DNA of 62,975 nt, the filler included, from Atractiella rhizophila (taxonomy: Eukaryota), in NCBI GenBank assembly GCA_021432655.1. It is 3 parts of 3 records of this genome, joined end to end, with 100 filler letters (N's around TTAATTAATTAA, not from the genome) between each part and the next. Parts side by side here need not be neighbours in the genome. Positions count along the whole stretch, not along the records: positions 46,832 to 62,975 come from MU271734.1; 2 more parts are not named here. One strand, written 5' to 3'. Each line of letters begins with the position of its first letter. Within the stretch, counting starts at the first letter, position 1. This document shows, piece after piece, positions 60,636 through 62,975 of the stretch. The translations under genes were made by a program, and so were the position numbers. The notes under the pieces were generated by a model, which saw nothing but the letters and a program-made list of their open reading frames with translations, made no database searches and was not told the DNA's origin.

Positions 60636-62801
60636 TTAAATCACGATCTGTTTCCCTTCGATATACTGTTTCAACACCTCCAACCTCCTCATTCCTTCCT
60701 TCAAGGTTTCCGTGTCCTTACAGAACGAAAATCTGAGATAATGTTCTCCAATCCCCCAATGCTTCTTATCATAGAAAGCAGTCGCAGGGATAGAGACCAC
60801 TTTTGCGGTTTGAACGATGAACCAACAAGCCCGGAAGTCAGGAGCGAATTGTTTGATTATGTCAGGAATCTGGAAGGAAGTGGGGATCTTGAGCTTGCTA
60901 CATCGTGAAGAAGAGAGAAGGACGGTCAGAAAGTAGAAAGCTTCAGAAAGGGACGAACTCGATGCAGAGCAGGATGAAGTAAGATCCTTGGGGGATGGTG
61001 TAAGGCAACTATCCAACACCGTCAGCTCAGCTCACTCGCTCCCTTTTCTCATTCAAGGCAAGTGGGAGGTGACTCACGCCCAGCGCGTCAAAGCCGTCCG
61101 AAACGATCTTGAGACGCTCCTCATACTCCTTGACTTGTTCCGCAAAAAATCCATTCTTCATGCCTTCCTCAAGACCAGCGGCAACAGCTTCCTGACAAGG
61201 GCTCTGATCATATTTTGCGACATTAGAAACTGTTACTGAGCAAAAGGAACGTGGTAGCGCACATTGCAGCAGAAAACAATTCGGGTCCTACCTCAATCGA
61301 ATATCAGAGGAACTGCTGAAAAGAGAAGAAAGAGGCGACGGACGTAGCACTCAAGAGTGGTTGGATGAGGTATTCGGGTCCCACAGCCCATCCGACACGC
61401 CAACCAGTGGCGGCAAAAGTCTTGCCCTGTCCATCCCATCAGCTTGCAAATCAGCCAAATGAGGCGGAACAAGGGGACGCACTGCACTCCCTACTGTCAC
61501 TGTTCTGTTCCAATAGTCGTCAATCGACGCCATCCGCACAAACTTCTCCCCTTTACCATATCAAACGTATCAGCACTGCCTCATCAGGAGAGCAGGCTGG
61601 AAGGGAGGAAGGGAAAGGTGGCCATACCGTTGAGGGGAAGACAGTCGTACACTTCATCGCTCATGATAATCAGATTAAACTCCTTCGCGATCTCCCCGAT
61701 CTCCCTCAGCTCCTGTTCAGAGAAAATTTTCCCCACAGGATTATGAGGTGTATTGACAAAAATGGCCTTGGTTTTCTTCGTGATTGCCGCCCTTAGCTCT
61801 GCAATGTCGATCTTCCATTCGGATGAACCAATTGTAGAGGTCGAAGCTTTGGAAGGAGGATGGAGAGGGACGAAGACGGGAACGCCGCCGTTGAAAGAGG
61901 TGTTTGCAATGTACTGTTCAGCAGAGAAGTAAATGAGAACCCTTGGAGTGAAATGAACTGAAGACGACGAACTTGGTCGAAGAAAGGCTATGACATCATA
62001 TCAACTTCCGCAACACGCATTGGAAGTGAAGGGACGGACCTCGAATAAAATCACCTCGTCGCCATCATTCAGAAAAGCAGTGCAAAACGCATGAATACCC
62101 TATCCATCGTCAAACCAATCAGGGACAGTCGAAATTATATTAACAGAGGGGGATAAAGAACCTCATTCGCTCCTGAAGTAATTACGATCTCTTTTGCTGG
62201 ATCCAAGTTCCTTCCCAAGCCCATCGAAGGGGAGAGGTATTCGCTCAGCGCGTTCCTCAGCCTGATTCGACCTCGAGGATGCGAATAGTGGTTCGTCTCA
62301 ACTTGGGAGATGGCTGAGAATGCTGCCTTCTGAATGAATTCCGCTGTTCAGACCCAAACGCTGGTAAGTGTGGTAATGGAGATATGGAAAGAGACTGACG
62401 TGGAGTCCAATTCATGACTGTCAAATGGATGAACACGCATCAGTCAAAGAAAAGAGGAACAGAAGAGAACGAACATCCTTGGCCGAGATTCACGGCGTCC
62501 TGTGTAGAGCAATGATGAGGTACCATAGTATCGGAGGGAAAAGAACACACGGAAGGGATGTGTCCCGATGCAGGAGACATGATAGTCCATACTAAGTCCC
62601 ATAGACCACGTTTCACTTAAAACTTTTATGGTCCGAAAGAGGTCAGCCTACCACTGTTTCCAAGATGAAAACGTCAGAGTCATCAGCTGAGGCAGGAAAG
62701 GCGGCTTACTCAGGTTTCGTTATCTCTTCCTTCAGTCTCTCAGCGACTGGAAAAGGGTACTTCTCAACGATGAGATCATTCTTCAACTGTACTGCTGCCA
62801 T
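60636..62801 (-). CDS. BNA3: Kynurenine/glutamine aminotransferase (class I PLP; Bna3/KAT); may extend further 5'
   Basis: DVW, VNLGQGFMNW, NHYSHPRGRIRLR, VITSGANEG, EPFFDQY, NTPHNPVGK, SDEVYD, SA/GKTFAATGWRVGW (PLP Lys), PQGSYF and YLRFSFCKD. Confidence 0.92.
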
Positions 62802-62975
62802 CTTTGCCACCTGGTTATTGAATCGAGTAGGTGTCGCACTGGACAACGATGAAGTTTTTGAGGAAACTAGGGACCGGGAAGGTTAGAAAAATAACCGACC
62901 TGTGCTTTTCTGAATACTGAGCAGTCAGTCTTCTGGCTATTCCTAGCGAGATGGCTGGCGTTCTGTGGATGTCTG

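Overview
Gene-dense eukaryotic DNA from a fungus, most likely a basidiomycete: short (~50 nt) introns with CTRAC-type branch points, Zn2Cys6 transcription factors and a PriA/CPL1-type domain. About 25 protein genes were reconstructed by hand across introns. Recognisable genes are MRE11, a YEN1/GEN1 resolvase, VPS28, mitochondrial uL10 (MRPL11), a BNA3/KAT aminotransferase, an LSB1/PIN3 SH3 protein, an S10 serine carboxypeptidase, a SIM+RING SUMO-targeted ubiquitin ligase, SET and JmjC enzymes, a secreted gulonolactone-oxidase-like flavoprotein, a Con-13-like HExxH protein, two Zn2Cys6 factors and tRNA-Lys(UUU). Two 100-nt scaffold gaps carry an artificial TTAATTAATTAA linker. Three tandem duplications (periods 439, 2009 and ~2774 bp) cut through genes, and the two larger look like uncollapsed alleles. 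The best leads are a probable GA-AG intron in VPS28 with two GC-AG introns nearby, an apparently obligatory 2-nt microexon in the KAT gene, a four-CCCH-finger protein with a C-terminal J-domain, two roughly tenfold oversized introns (MRE11, LSB1), and a frameshift just after a Zn2Cys6 cluster. No mobile element, CRISPR array or clear multi-gene novel system could be supported. All gene models and family calls are by eye, without database searches.
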